DNA of 32,000 nucleotides from NCBI GenBank assembly GCA_963718915.1, contig CAVRAI010000015.1, forward strand, positions 810,001 through 842,000, written 5' to 3'. Positions within the stretch are counted from its first letter, which is position 1. Each line of letters opens with the position of its first letter. The notes beneath the pieces were generated by a model. That model made no database searches, was not told the DNA's origin, and saw only the letters and a program-made list of their open reading frames with translations. The position numbers were made by a program, and so were the translations under genes. This DNA comes from an uncultured Chloroflexia bacterium (lineage in GTDB: Bacteria; Chloroflexota; Ktedonobacteria; Ktedonobacterales; JADMIN01). Below, in pieces: positions 9,503-19,090 of this stretch.

Positions 9503-9512
9503 TTGGTACAAT
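9503..9512 (+). promoter_or_regulatory. candidate extended -10 element (TGGTACAAT) for mdh
   Basis: TTGGTACAAT at 9503-9512, ~120 nt upstream of ATG 9631. It is the second arm of the inverted repeat. No good -35 element is present. Confidence 0.3.
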
Positions 9513-9630
9513 TCGCCCGGAATACATTGTGGTATGCCACCAGCCCAGCAGTCGCGGCAGCAGGATGGCTCGCTGCGACACGATGGGTGATTTCGAGGTA
9601 GAAAGATAGCAGAAGAAGGGCGGAACGATC

Positions 9631-10557
9631 ATGCGTAGCAAAGTAACCGTCATCGGAGCCGGGTTTGTTGGCTCGACGCTTGGCCAGCGTGTCGCGGAGC
9701 GTGATTACGCCGATGTCGTGTTGATGGATGTCGTGCCGGATATGCCACAGGGCAAGGCGCTCGATATTCTGGAGGCTGGCCCGGTGCTGGGCTATGACTC
9801 GCTCGTCATCGGCACAAACGGCTATGACGAGACGGCAAACTCGGATATTGTCGTCGTCACATCAGGAATCGCGCGCAAGCCCGGCATGAGCCGCGACGAC
9901 CTCATCCGTACCAACCAGGGCATCGTGACACAGGTCGTGCAGGAGGTCGCGAAGCATTCACCCAACGCGATCCTGATCTGCGTGACGAATCCGCTCGATG
10001 CGATGGTGCAGCTGGCGTTTAAGGTGAGTGGCTTCCCCAAACAGCGTGTGCTGGGCATGGCGGGCGTGCTGGATACCGCGCGCTTCCGCACCTTCATCGC
10101 GCAGGAGTTGAATGTTTCGGTGCGCGATGTGCAGGCATTCGTGCTGGGCGGCCACGGCGATACGATGGTGCCGCTGGCCCGTCTCTCGACGGTGGCGGGT
10201 GTGCCGCTGCCCGACCTGATTCCCGCCGAGCGGCTCCAGCAGATTGTGGATCGCACGGCCAATGGCGGCGCCGAGATCGTCAACCTGCTGAAACAGGGCA
10301 GCGCCTACTATGCGCCGTCCGCCTCGGTGCTTCAGATGATCGATTCGATTCTGCTGGATAAGAAGATGATTATGCCCTGCTCGGTCTACCTTGAGGGCGA
10401 GTATGGTATCAACGGCTTGTTCGTCGGCGTCCCCGCGAAGCTTGGAGTGAAGGGCGTCGAAGAGGTCATCCAGCTCGATCTGACCGAGGGCGAGCGCGCC
10501 GCGCTGCAAAAGTCAGCCGATGCCGTACGCGAATTGATTGGCGTCATGGGGATCTAG
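9631..10557 (+). CDS. mdh: malate dehydrogenase (LDH-like MDH family)
   Basis: 308-aa ORF. Rossmann motif [12 protein letters not shown]. The substrate-loop sequence [14 protein letters not shown] carries the Arg that distinguishes MDH from LDH. Catalytic region [11 protein letters not shown]. Confidence 0.93.
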   Translation: MRSKVTVIGAGFVGSTLGQRVAERDYADVVLMDVVPDMPQGKALDILEAGPVLGYDSLVIGTNGYDETANSDIVVVTSGIARKPGMSRDDLIRTNQGIVTQVVQEVAKHSPNAILICVTNPLDAMVQLAFKVSGFPKQRVLGMAGVLDTARFRTFIAQELNVSVRDVQAFVLGGHGDTMVPLARLSTVAGVPLPDLIPAERLQQIVDRTANGGAEIVNLLKQGSAYYAPSASVLQMIDSILLDKKMIMPCSVYLEGEYGINGLFVGVPAKLGVKGVEEVIQLDLTEGERAALQKSADAVRELIGVMGI

Positions 10558-10758
10558 AAATCAGCCATAGGCCATGCGCGCTAAGCATTGCTGGCCAGCG
10601 TGTACACCGCGCATCGCGGGAAAATTGGGCGCTCGCGTGGTATGCTGGTTCTAGGGGACGTGTGGAGGAGTTCCTCACCGTTCGTCGGGTCCATCTCCAT
10701 GTGAGCGCCGCTGAATTTGAAGAAACGCCCACCGACCCGGCCTCGTGTTAGGCGATCT

Positions 10759-11898
10759 ATGAGCACGGCCAATACGGTGACACATGCGAAGTCTCCGTTT
10801 CTCTCGACGTTTCCAGGGCGATACTACTACGATCCGGCGATTTTCGCGCGCGAGCAAGAGCGTATCTTCTCGCGGATGTGGGTCTACGGCGGGGTAGCGA
10901 ACAGCCTCGCGAAGCCTGGCGACTATCGCACGCTGACCATCGCAAATGAGAGCGTTATCGTCGTCCGCACGAAACAGGGCGACTTGCGCGCGTTCCTCAA
11001 CGTCTGCCGCCACCGTGGCTCGCGGCTCTGCCCCGAGGCGTCCGGCCACCTGAACGGCTCGATTCAGTGCCGCTATCACGCCTGGACCTATGGGCTGGAT
11101 GGCAGGCTGATTGGCGCGCCAAACGTCTTCAATCGCCCCGAGTTCGAGCGCGACCTCTACGGTCTGCATCCCGTCGCGCTGGAGGTCTGGCAGGGGCTGA
11201 TCTGGATCAACCTCTCTGAGAATCCACCGTCGCTCGCCGAGCAGATGGATGACCCCATCGTGCGCGACTTCGGCAGCAACGCCTCGCTCGACCGCTATGG
11301 TATCGCCAACCTCCGGGTCGCGAAGACCATCACCTATGATGTGGCGGCCAACTGGAAGCTCATCATGGAGAACACGCTCGAGTGCTACCACTGCGGCCCG
11401 ATGCACCCCGAACTCTGCGCGCTCCTGCCGGAGTATAAGACGGGCGCCATCGATGGCAACGACGGCACGACGTTTGCCGATGGCGTCGAGGCGTTCACCA
11501 TCTCAGGCAAGGCCAGCCGTCCGCCGCTGCCGGGGCTGCTCCCTGAAGATACACACCGCTATGCCGGTTTCTTCGGCCTGCCCAGCATCTTCATCAACCT
11601 GCTCGGCGACCATGTGGCGATTGACTGGCTGGAGCCGCTGGGGCCGACCCAGACGCGCGTCACGACTGAATGGCTCTTCGATCCGCGGGCGATGGAAAGC
11701 CCAGACTTCGACCCGATGGATGCGGTGGCGATCCTGGATCTCGTGAACCACCAGGACTGGGTGGTCTGTGCGCTGGCGCAGCAGGGGATGACCTCGCGAG
11801 CATACGCGCATGGCGGCAACTATGCGCCGCTCGAACACCATATCCGCGATTTCGTGGACTATATCCTCGCGCGGCTGGGTGATGAGGGCGTGGAATAG
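10759..11898 (+). CDS. Rieske [2Fe-2S] aromatic-ring-hydroxylating oxygenase, alpha subunit
   Basis: Track ORF is 10717..11898; I prefer ATG 10759 (MSTANTV...). Rieske motif CRHRGSRLC-x17-CRYHAWTY. Mononuclear-iron region NWKLIMENTLECYHCGPMHPEL. The substrate cannot be told from the sequence. Confidence 0.85.
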   Translation: MSTANTVTHAKSPFLSTFPGRYYYDPAIFAREQERIFSRMWVYGGVANSLAKPGDYRTLTIANESVIVVRTKQGDLRAFLNVCRHRGSRLCPEASGHLNGSIQCRYHAWTYGLDGRLIGAPNVFNRPEFERDLYGLHPVALEVWQGLIWINLSENPPSLAEQMDDPIVRDFGSNASLDRYGIANLRVAKTITYDVAANWKLIMENTLECYHCGPMHPELCALLPEYKTGAIDGNDGTTFADGVEAFTISGKASRPPLPGLLPEDTHRYAGFFGLPSIFINLLGDHVAIDWLEPLGPTQTRVTTEWLFDPRAMESPDFDPMDAVAILDLVNHQDWVVCALAQQGMTSRAYAHGGNYAPLEHHIRDFVDYILARLGDEGVE

Positions 11899-11913
11899 AC
11901 TGGTGGGTCCACC

Positions 11914-13192
11914 TTACACTCTCCGGCGGCTCTTGCTGAGCGCCTTGCGAGAGAAGGTGAAGTCGAGGCCCTCGCGTTCGGCGAACTGCTGGAAGAGCGC
12001 GTAAAAGCGGGCGCGGTCCTCCGTTGAGATGACCGCCACAGCGTCCGCCGCCTCGATGGAATACGGGATAGCCCTGGCCTGTGATAATCTCGCCGCGCAG
12101 CACATCCATCACGCGGTCGAGCTGGCCATCGTTATCCTCCAGCAGCCACGCCGGAAACTCCACCCGCGCGGGCGGACGGTCACTCGCGGCGCGCAAGTAA
12201 ACGAACGCCACCGCGTCCGCGCCACCGCGATAGCCCATCGTCGTCAGGTCTTCGCGCGCCGAGATGAAGGCGGGCGTACGGTCTCCCCAGGCCAGCGCAT
12301 CGCCCCAGAGCAGCGCGTCGTGGATGCCGCGCGGTGGGGGTAGCTCGTCGCCATCGCCCGAGAGCGCGCGCAGCATCGTGATCGTATCGCGGGCATAACT
12401 GGTGTCGATGTAGCCGAGCAGCGGGATGCGGGTGCGGCGCGAGGCGTCGAGCAGGCGTTGCGCGGCGGCGGCATAGCGCACAGGATATGGCGGCGGCATT
12501 TTGATCGCGAACGAGACGATCAAGCTGCCATCGAAGAGCGCCACGACTGGCCTATCTTCACCCGCCTGCCGCCGTGCCATGTGATGTTCCAGTCGCTCGA
12601 CCAGCGTCTCCACCTCAAGCTCGAAGCGCCGCAGATGAACGATCCGCTCCGAGTAGCCCGCCGCCTCGTTCGTGCGCGCGTTCATCATGTCCGGTTCGCT
12701 CACCAGCAAATCTTCCGGCGGTAGCAACTCGGTGCGCACATCTTTGAGATAGGGAGCGGGCGGCTGGTGTGGATTCTCGTAGATGCCCGCCTGCACCAGC
12801 GCCACCGGCACCGAGGCGTCGCGCCAGGGAAGCAACTGGCTGCCGTCCACGGCGAAGGTGGCCGTGCCGCGCAGACCCTCGGCCCATGCGCGCGACTCCT
12901 CGTGATGGGCGAATGCGCGGCCAAACGGCAGCACGGGCGGCCCGGATCGTCCGAGTTGACGCCAGCGGTCGTACTCGCTCGTGGGGAGCGCGCCTGGCGT
13001 GTGGGATCGTTCGGCATTCGTCAGCGCGGCATCCAGCGCATGCCGTAGCGCCGCCGCGTCGGGATAGCGCGCGCCCAGGGTCGCCAGCGCCTCGCGCCAG
13101 GCATCACGTTGCTGGCCATAGCGTTCGTCGTAGGAGGTGAAGAGCGCCCGTTTGCGCTCCAGTTCGGCGACGAGCTTTTCCGTGTAAAGCAT
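11914..13192 (-). pseudogene. nurA: NurA-type nuclease domain protein (~425 aa), split by one extra base as assembled
   Basis: ORF 11660..13192 is sensible up to ...[14 protein letters not shown]. The reading then continues in ORF 11914..12105 ([37 protein letters not shown]...). The break is at 12064-12067 (TAT CCC G TAT). NurA-like blocks: [53 protein letters not shown] lies 8 nt before ATG 13192. Span is 1279 nt = 3n+1. Confidence 0.7.
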
Positions 13193-13243
13193 CGCGAAGC
13201 CCTCCTACGCGCTCGACCGGTGGCATGTCCGCCTGATTGCTAT

Positions 13244-14748
13244 TCATGGAGAACGAGCCTGAACTTTCACCGGGCAGAGCGGCGCGACCGTGATGGAGTA
13301 ATACGGTGTTTGGGCGTAGTCTGTCCAGCACCACGTAATCGGTCGCGCCAGAGATCGGACGCGATGTGGAAACGTAATATGTTCCCTGCGCCACCAGCTT
13401 AAAGGTATACCCTCCAGTCGTGGCATCCAGCGTGGTCGAGTATTCATCGGAGTAGTAAGAAGCGTGTTGAAGTTCATGTGCTTCGAGAGATGCACCGTCG
13501 GCGAGGGATTGGTCGGCGCGCCGGTGATGAAGCCGGTGACATCCTGTGGCGCATTCAGCGCGTTCTGTGCCGTCTTGGCCTCAGGCGTGTCCTTATAGCT
13601 CGTGACGAGCGTCGTGAAGGTGCTGACCGCGCCAGTGCACTGCTGACCACTGATCTGATCCTGCCCGTAGGCGAGGTAGGCGGTGGCGGCTTTGGCGTGC
13701 CCCTGGCTGGCGTACGCGCTGGAGGCGTATTGCGCTTCCAACGTGCTGAATTCGGTGATTGCTTGCTGGTAACGCTTCTGCTGCAACAACTGAGCGCCAT
13801 AGAGATAGTATGCCTCAGGCGTGACGTTGGCCAGTGTCGCCTGGCAATCGCTGTTACAGGCCGGGCTGGACACGAAGTTGGCGAAGGCGGTGATGGCGTC
13901 GCGATAGGGTACGCTGCTGGCGTCTTTCTTCATCCACGCCGCGTACGCCTGGAACTGGCCCATTTGCGCGCGCTGGAACGGCGTCTCCGCTCTTCTGATA
14001 ATCGTTGAGCACGCTCTGGAAGTGCGTCCAGCGCGCCCTGGTAATCGCCCCGCTGGAGCAATTGCTCGCCCCAGGCGTTCTGCACGCGCGCGATGTCGGG
14101 GGCATCTGGTCCGCTCTGTCCGCTCAGGCCATATTCGCGGATGGCCACGGCCCATTGCCCGCTCTTTTCCATTGCCTGCGCCTGCGCCAGATGGAGCGGC
14201 GCGCTGCCGACGAGGCCGACCACGCCAGAGGCGGCGAGGCCAGCCACCAGCACGAATGTCAGCAACGCGAAGATGAGCGAGCGTCGGCCCACGGCTGCCC
14301 GTAGCAGCGCGATCAGCCCGAAGACCACCGCCAGCGCCAGCGCGACGGTACCGATAGCCACCGCGCCGTCGGCCCAGTCGCCGCCGAGCAGCAGCACGCG
14401 CACGCCAAAGACGAGCGCCAGCAGCGCGATGCTTCCCGCAACGACGAGCAGCGAGACCGAGAGCGGGAAGGGGTTGCCAAGCGGCCCGCGGCTGCGTTCG
14501 GGAATCCGCGAGGAAATGACGGCCAATCGTCCAGATGCGGACGGCTGCGAGGGCATCTTTGGCCGAGATGGCGCTCTTCGTGCGGCCATAGCCTGACTGA
14601 TACCGCGATCCCGAACCGCTGGGGATGGGCGCTGGAAGGGGTAGTAGGGCATCCGTGGGACGGGCGTCAACGGCGGAGGCTTATGTGCCGGGGCGCCAGG
14701 CGCAGACTGCGCTGGCTGATCGCTTCGCTCGTTTGGTCGCTCGTCCAT
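13244..14748 (-). pseudogene. membrane-anchored TPR-like repeat protein with a C-terminal beta-sandwich; needs about four frame changes as assembled
   Basis: Sensible sequence hops across ORFs 13930..14772, 13854..14105, 13244..14155 and 13104..13394. The joined reading is ...AWGEQLLQRGDYQGALDA / FQSVLNDYQKSGDAVPA / AQMGQFQAYAAWMKKDASSVPYRDAITAF...TVHLSKHMNF / YYSDEYSTTLDATTGGYTFKLVAQGTYYVSTSRP.... The N-terminus is Pro-rich, followed by 3-4 TM helices (SVSLLVVAGSIALLALVFGV; AVAIGTVALALAVVFGLIALL; LIFALLTFVLVAGLAASGVVGLVG). ATG 14748 has a GGAGGGG Shine-Dalgarno sequence; ATG 14772 is the alternative start. Confidence 0.55.
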
Positions 14749-14855
14749 GGCCCCTCCATGACCTCTTCGCATCGCTCAAGACCCGCGCACGCGGCCATGA
14801 TGGCCCGGGCAGGCTGACAATCTGTATTGTACCGCAGCGGCAAACAAGCGGGAGC

Positions 14856-17800
14856 CTAAGCGGGGAGTAATGTCTCATGCTCGGCAATGACCGTCTGGCC
14901 ATTGCGCTTCTCCAGATGAATGACGTCGTCGAGTCCCTGCTCGAAGGTATCGTCATGGCTGATGACGAGCAGTTGATCGAAGCCACGCACGCGCCGGATC
15001 TGCTCGGCCAGATTGCCGCGCCGCTCGCCATCCATATTCTGCGTTGGCTCATCGAAGAAGGCGATATCGAGGCGTGAGAGCCGCCGGAGTAGCGCCAGTC
15101 GCACCGCCAGCGCCGCGCTCATCTGTTCGCCACCGCTAAGCTGGGCGAAGGTGCGCTCGCGGCCATCGCGCCGGAGGACGATCTCGTAATCATCCTGCCA
15201 TGCGAGTTCGGCGGAGCGGTCGCCCAGGATCTCGCCGAAGATGCGGTTGGCCTCGCGCGAGATGGCATGTAACTGGGCGCGGAGAATATTTGGCCCAGCC
15301 TCCTTGATGATGTCGCGGAACTGCTTGAGCATCTTGTCCAGGTCGTCGAGCGTCTGGCGTTCTTCGCGGGCTGCGTTCAGGTCGATCAGCAGCGCCTCGA
15401 CGCGGGCAATCTCGTCGGCGAGCCGCGCGCCATCCTGCTGCGTCCGCCGAAGCTCCGCCGTGCACTCGCCATGCGCGCGCCGCACCTCATCGCCGCGCGC
15501 GGTTACTGCTGCCAGCCTGGAGCTATCGAACTTCGCCGCCGCCTGCTCGTAGTCGCGCGTGGCCTTCTGGTGTCTGGTGGTCGCAGCGCGCGCTACCTGT
15601 TCCGCTGCCGCATACGCCTTCTTGCGCGCGCCATGTTGCGCCGCAAGTTGCTCGTTGTGTAGATAGCGCAGATGGCCATCACTCGTGCGCGTCCGTGCGT
15701 CTTCCAGTCGGGCCAGTTCGTCATCCAGCGCGGCGAAAGGCGCCAGCCGCTTATCGCACTCCGCCAGTTGGGCGTCGTGATCACGCAGAGCCGCTTGCGC
15801 GTGTTTGACGCGCGCTCGCCCTGTTCGAGATGTCGGCGGCGGTGGCGCGCAGCGATGCCGCCAGCCCGCGCGGATCGCCGAGGGCGGCGAGTTCCGTCTC
15901 GATGCGTTGCAGATCGGCAGAGGCTGATTCCATCCCCGTCAGTTCGCGCGCCAGCCGCTCCAGCTCGGCGTTGAGCGTATCGCGCCGGTCGCTGGACTCG
16001 CGTAGATGCGATTGGATGTCGGGCAGGCGGTTGCACTGCATCGCGGCGTCATTACTTCGGTCATAGCTGGCGCGCAGACGTTCGAGCGTGCGGGCGTCGT
16101 GGCCGTTGGCGAGCGTCACCTCGATCTGCCGCTGTTCCGTCGTCAATGCCGCAATCTCGTGCTCCAGTCGCTCGCGGTCTTCGGCGGCCTCGCGCTGTTT
16201 CTCCTCGAATTCACCGCGACGGTCCCAGTAGGAGAGGACCGTGCGGGCGTGATCTATCCGAGCCGCCAGCTCGTGCGCATCCTCCTCCAGCGGCGCAAGC
16301 TCCTGCTCGGCCTCGGCGATCATGCGGTCGAAGTAGGTGATGAGGCTGTTCTCGCCGCGCTTCTGGATGTTCAGGCACGGCTCGCGCAGAAAGGGGCAGT
16401 TGCCCACGCCGGACTGCTGCCGCGAAAGGCGATGCTGCTCGATACGCGCCTGCACCTGACGAATCTTGCCGTCGAGAGCTTTCTGCTCCGCCTCCAGGGC
16501 GGGGAAGCTCTCGACCACCGCCTGCTGCGCCACAATCTTGCGCAGGTTCGCCGTCGCCTTCTGCTCAAGTTGCGCCTTTTTCTCGCGTTGCGTCTGCTTT
16601 TCGGGCAATTGCTCGCGTACTGCTTTGAGCCGGGCGCTGCTCGTCTCCCAGGTCGCCTGGGCCGCCTGCGCCGCTTCAAGCTGGCCGCGCCGCTCGCTCA
16701 ACTCCTCGGCCTCGGGGCGAAGCTGCTCTAGCCGGGCGATCTGCTGCTCATCCTGCGTGCAGGCCTGTTGCGCCGCCTGCCACTCGCCCTCGATGCGTCG
16801 CCGTGCCGTTGCCATCTCGTCGCGCCGGGTGACACGCTGCCGGGCCGCCGTGCGCTCCTCTTCGAGCGTTCGTTGCCGTTCGGCTTTTGGCTCGACCTTC
16901 TCCAGCTCATGAGCAGCCTGTTCCGCCGCCGTCAATTGCTCCTGGCTGTGCGCTAGCTCCTTACGCGCGCCTTCCTGCGCCAGGGCCACTTTCGCCCGCT
17001 CCTCGCGCAGTTGCGAGCGCTGTTGTTCGCGGGCGCGCGCCTGGGCAAGCTGCTTCTCGGTCGCGAGAAACGATTCATGGTCGGGACGGCTCTCGGCGCA
17101 GATGCGCGTGGCCTCGGCGGCCTCGGCAAGCTGGCGCTCAGCCTCCATACGCTGGGACTCCGCCGCGCGATGTTCCGCCAGGGCGACATCTACCGCGCTT
17201 TGTAGCGCCGTCACCTGTTGCTTGCGCTCTTCCAGCGCTTTGCGTTCGGCCTCAAGGGTCTCGGTCTCGCGCTGGAGCCGTGCGAGCGTTTCCGTCAGCG
17301 TGCGCTCGCGCGCCCGCCCCTGCTCGAACTGCATGCGCCAGTCATCCAACTGCGCCGTCTCGCGTTCAAGGGCGTCGATATGGCGCTCCTGCTGGTGTTG
17401 CTGATCGGTCAGGTAGCTTTTCGCGGCCAGCAGCTTCTCGGAGGCGGTGCGATAGTCCTCCACCTGGAGCAGCGCGTCGAACTTCTTCTTGCGAACGGCG
17501 GGCGTCTGCAAGAAATCGGCGGTGAAGGTGCCCTGCGGCACGCCAACCGCGTCGTTGAAAAGCGTTTCGAGGTTGAGGTCGCTCTCGATGCGTAGATGCT
17601 GGCGCAGAAACGCGATGACGTCGGTCTTCTGCTCCACGACCCGTTCATCCAGGTCGGGATCGTAGATGTACCAGTCGGACGAGGAGCCGCAACGGCGCAC
17701 GGCGTGATACTCGCGGTCATCTAGCGCCGAGGTGAAGATGACGGTGACGACGCCGACCCTCTCGCCCTCGCGGACGAACTGCGCCTGTTTGTAGGGCAGC

Positions 17801-17949
17801 GCGTCGAAGAGCGCGAAACCGATGGCCTCGACCAGCGTGGACTTGCCCGCGCCGTTGCTGCCACGGATGGCGGTGGCGCCAGCCGCGAGGTCAATCCGCG
17901 TGTCGCGATAGCTCTTGATATTTTCGAGTCTGACGCTGTTGATTCGCAC
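14856..17949 (-). pseudogene. Rad50/SbcC-like SMC-type coiled-coil ATPase (~1030 aa), split by one extra base as assembled
   Basis: ORF 15781..17949 (GTG start) begins MRINSVRLENIKSYRDTRIDL...IRGSNGAGKSTLVEAIGFALF (Walker A). About 700 aa of Q/E/R/A/L-rich heptad-like sequence follows. After ...RATAADISNRASA the reading continues one base downstream (RVKHAQAALRDHDAQLAECDKRL...) into ORF 14856..15485. That ORF carries the signature motif LSGGEQMSAALAVRLAL and Walker B/D-loop LDIAFFDEPTQNMD, then LLVISHD. The break is at ~15808-15819 in a GCGCGCG run. Span is 3094 nt = 3n+1. Confidence 0.8.
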
Positions 17950-18219
17950 GGGTTTGCCTTATCAATACGCTCGCCTGGACGCCGCGCAATGGGGAGAAGT
18001 GTTCAACTAAGAATATTCCTCACCCAGCGCGAAAAGCGGAAATAGACCTTACCCAGCCTTTGATCCCGTAAATCTCATCTATGGAGACGAATCCGCAAGC
18101 GGCGGCGTATCAGGAAAAGTATAGCATGCGGGCAGGCGGAGTCGTCAGCGGGTAGGATGGATAGCACGGTGCCCCATGCTGGAAGTCGCACAGTCTTGAA
18201 ACGGGGTTCAAGATAGCTA

Positions 18220-18579
18220 TCATTTCTCAGGCGGGGTGGACTCCGAGCCAAGTAGCCCGAGTCGCATCATGCGTTGCGCTAATTTGTAGATATCGCCTTT
18301 ATCATCTTCTTTTCTGATACCAGCGGCTACCACGTAGACAATCACCTGAGTCGCTTCAAGATGATAGAGAATCCGGTAGCGCTGGCCGACCGCGCGGACG
18401 CTGCGAAATCCAGCCAACTCACCGATGAGCGGCTTCCCTTTCGCGTCGGGACTGTCCTTCAATTCAGTGATAGTATCGAATAGTTTGCGTCGTATCCGGG
18501 CATCGGTGATGTTACGTAGCATATTCGCGGCCGTCTGGGTAATACGCACTTCCCAGACCGACGTCTGTTCTTCGGGCAT
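18220..18579 (-). CDS. type II toxin, RelE/ParE superfamily
   Basis: 119-aa ORF starting 36 nt downstream of the antitoxin gene. It has the typical RelE/ParE core ...LKDSPDAKGKPLIGELAGFRSVRAVGQRYRILYHLEATQVIVYVVAAGIRKEDDKGDIY. Confidence 0.8.
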   Translation of the reverse strand: MPEEQTSVWEVRITQTAANMLRNITDARIRRKLFDTITELKDSPDAKGKPLIGELAGFRSVRAVGQRYRILYHLEATQVIVYVVAAGIRKEDDKGDIYKLAQRMMRLGLLGSESTPPEK

Positions 18580-18615
18580 AACAACACGCCTTCCCGCCGA
18601 AACGATCAGACGAGG

Positions 18616-18882
18616 CTACTCCAGAGTCGCCTCGAACTCGTCGAGGGAGAGCGTACGTCCCGCGGCAACATCTTCGGCGCTCTGGCGCAGCGCGGCCATC
18701 AGATCCGCGTCGCCCATCACTTCCAATGTCTCGATAATCACCTCATACAGCTCCCACGGAAGTATTGCCAGCACTGGCTCATTCCGGCGCGTCACCGTCA
18801 CCGCCTCGTGCGACCGCGCCAGTTCGTCAGGGAGGCGCGTCAATTGTTCTCGCGCCTCGCTGATGGACATGGTATTGCCCAT
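18616..18882 (-). CDS. type II antitoxin, Phd/YefM family
   Basis: 88-aa ORF: MSISEAREQLTRLPDELARSHEAVTVTRRNEPVLAILPWELYEVIIETLEVMGD. This matches the Phd/YefM N-terminal fold signature, and the C-terminus is acidic. Confidence 0.8.
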   Translation of the reverse strand: MGNTMSISEAREQLTRLPDELARSHEAVTVTRRNEPVLAILPWELYEVIIETLEVMGDADLMAALRQSAEDVAAGRTLSLDEFEATLE

Positions 18883-18992
18883 TGATCGCCTGCTCCCTTC
18901 CGATGCTGAGAATCACTTCCCAGTGCGCAACATGCCACTCCATGCGACATCAGAAGCGCGATGACCACTCTTCACCATCAGATGCACATGTA

Positions 18993-19021
18993 ATTGTACG
19001 TGGATTTGTACAGAAGCGCAA
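18993..19021 (-). promoter_or_regulatory. candidate promoter of the toxin-antitoxin operon with embedded GTACAA repeats
   Basis: The minus strand reads TTGCGC (19021..19016), 17 nt, TACAAT (18998..18993). The plus-strand hexamer TTGTAC occurs twice 12 bp apart (18994-18999 and 19006-19011), overlapping the -10 element and the spacer. The promoter is ~110 nt upstream of ATG 18882. Confidence 0.4.
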
Positions 19022-19090
19022 GGCGCGGCCAGCAGGGGATCTGAACAATCAGGATTAGCCGCCTAGCTCTCAGCCTGCGGTCTGTACCCC

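Noticed and set aside
13104-13394. Run-through ORF that would extend the TPR gene across the nurA start
   Set aside because: It would overlap the nurA Shine-Dalgarno sequence and ATG by ~90 nt. Its tail (…DALHGKARRRTGAQTGALHLL) is simply nurA read out of frame. A further +1 change that ends the gene at 13244 is more plausible.
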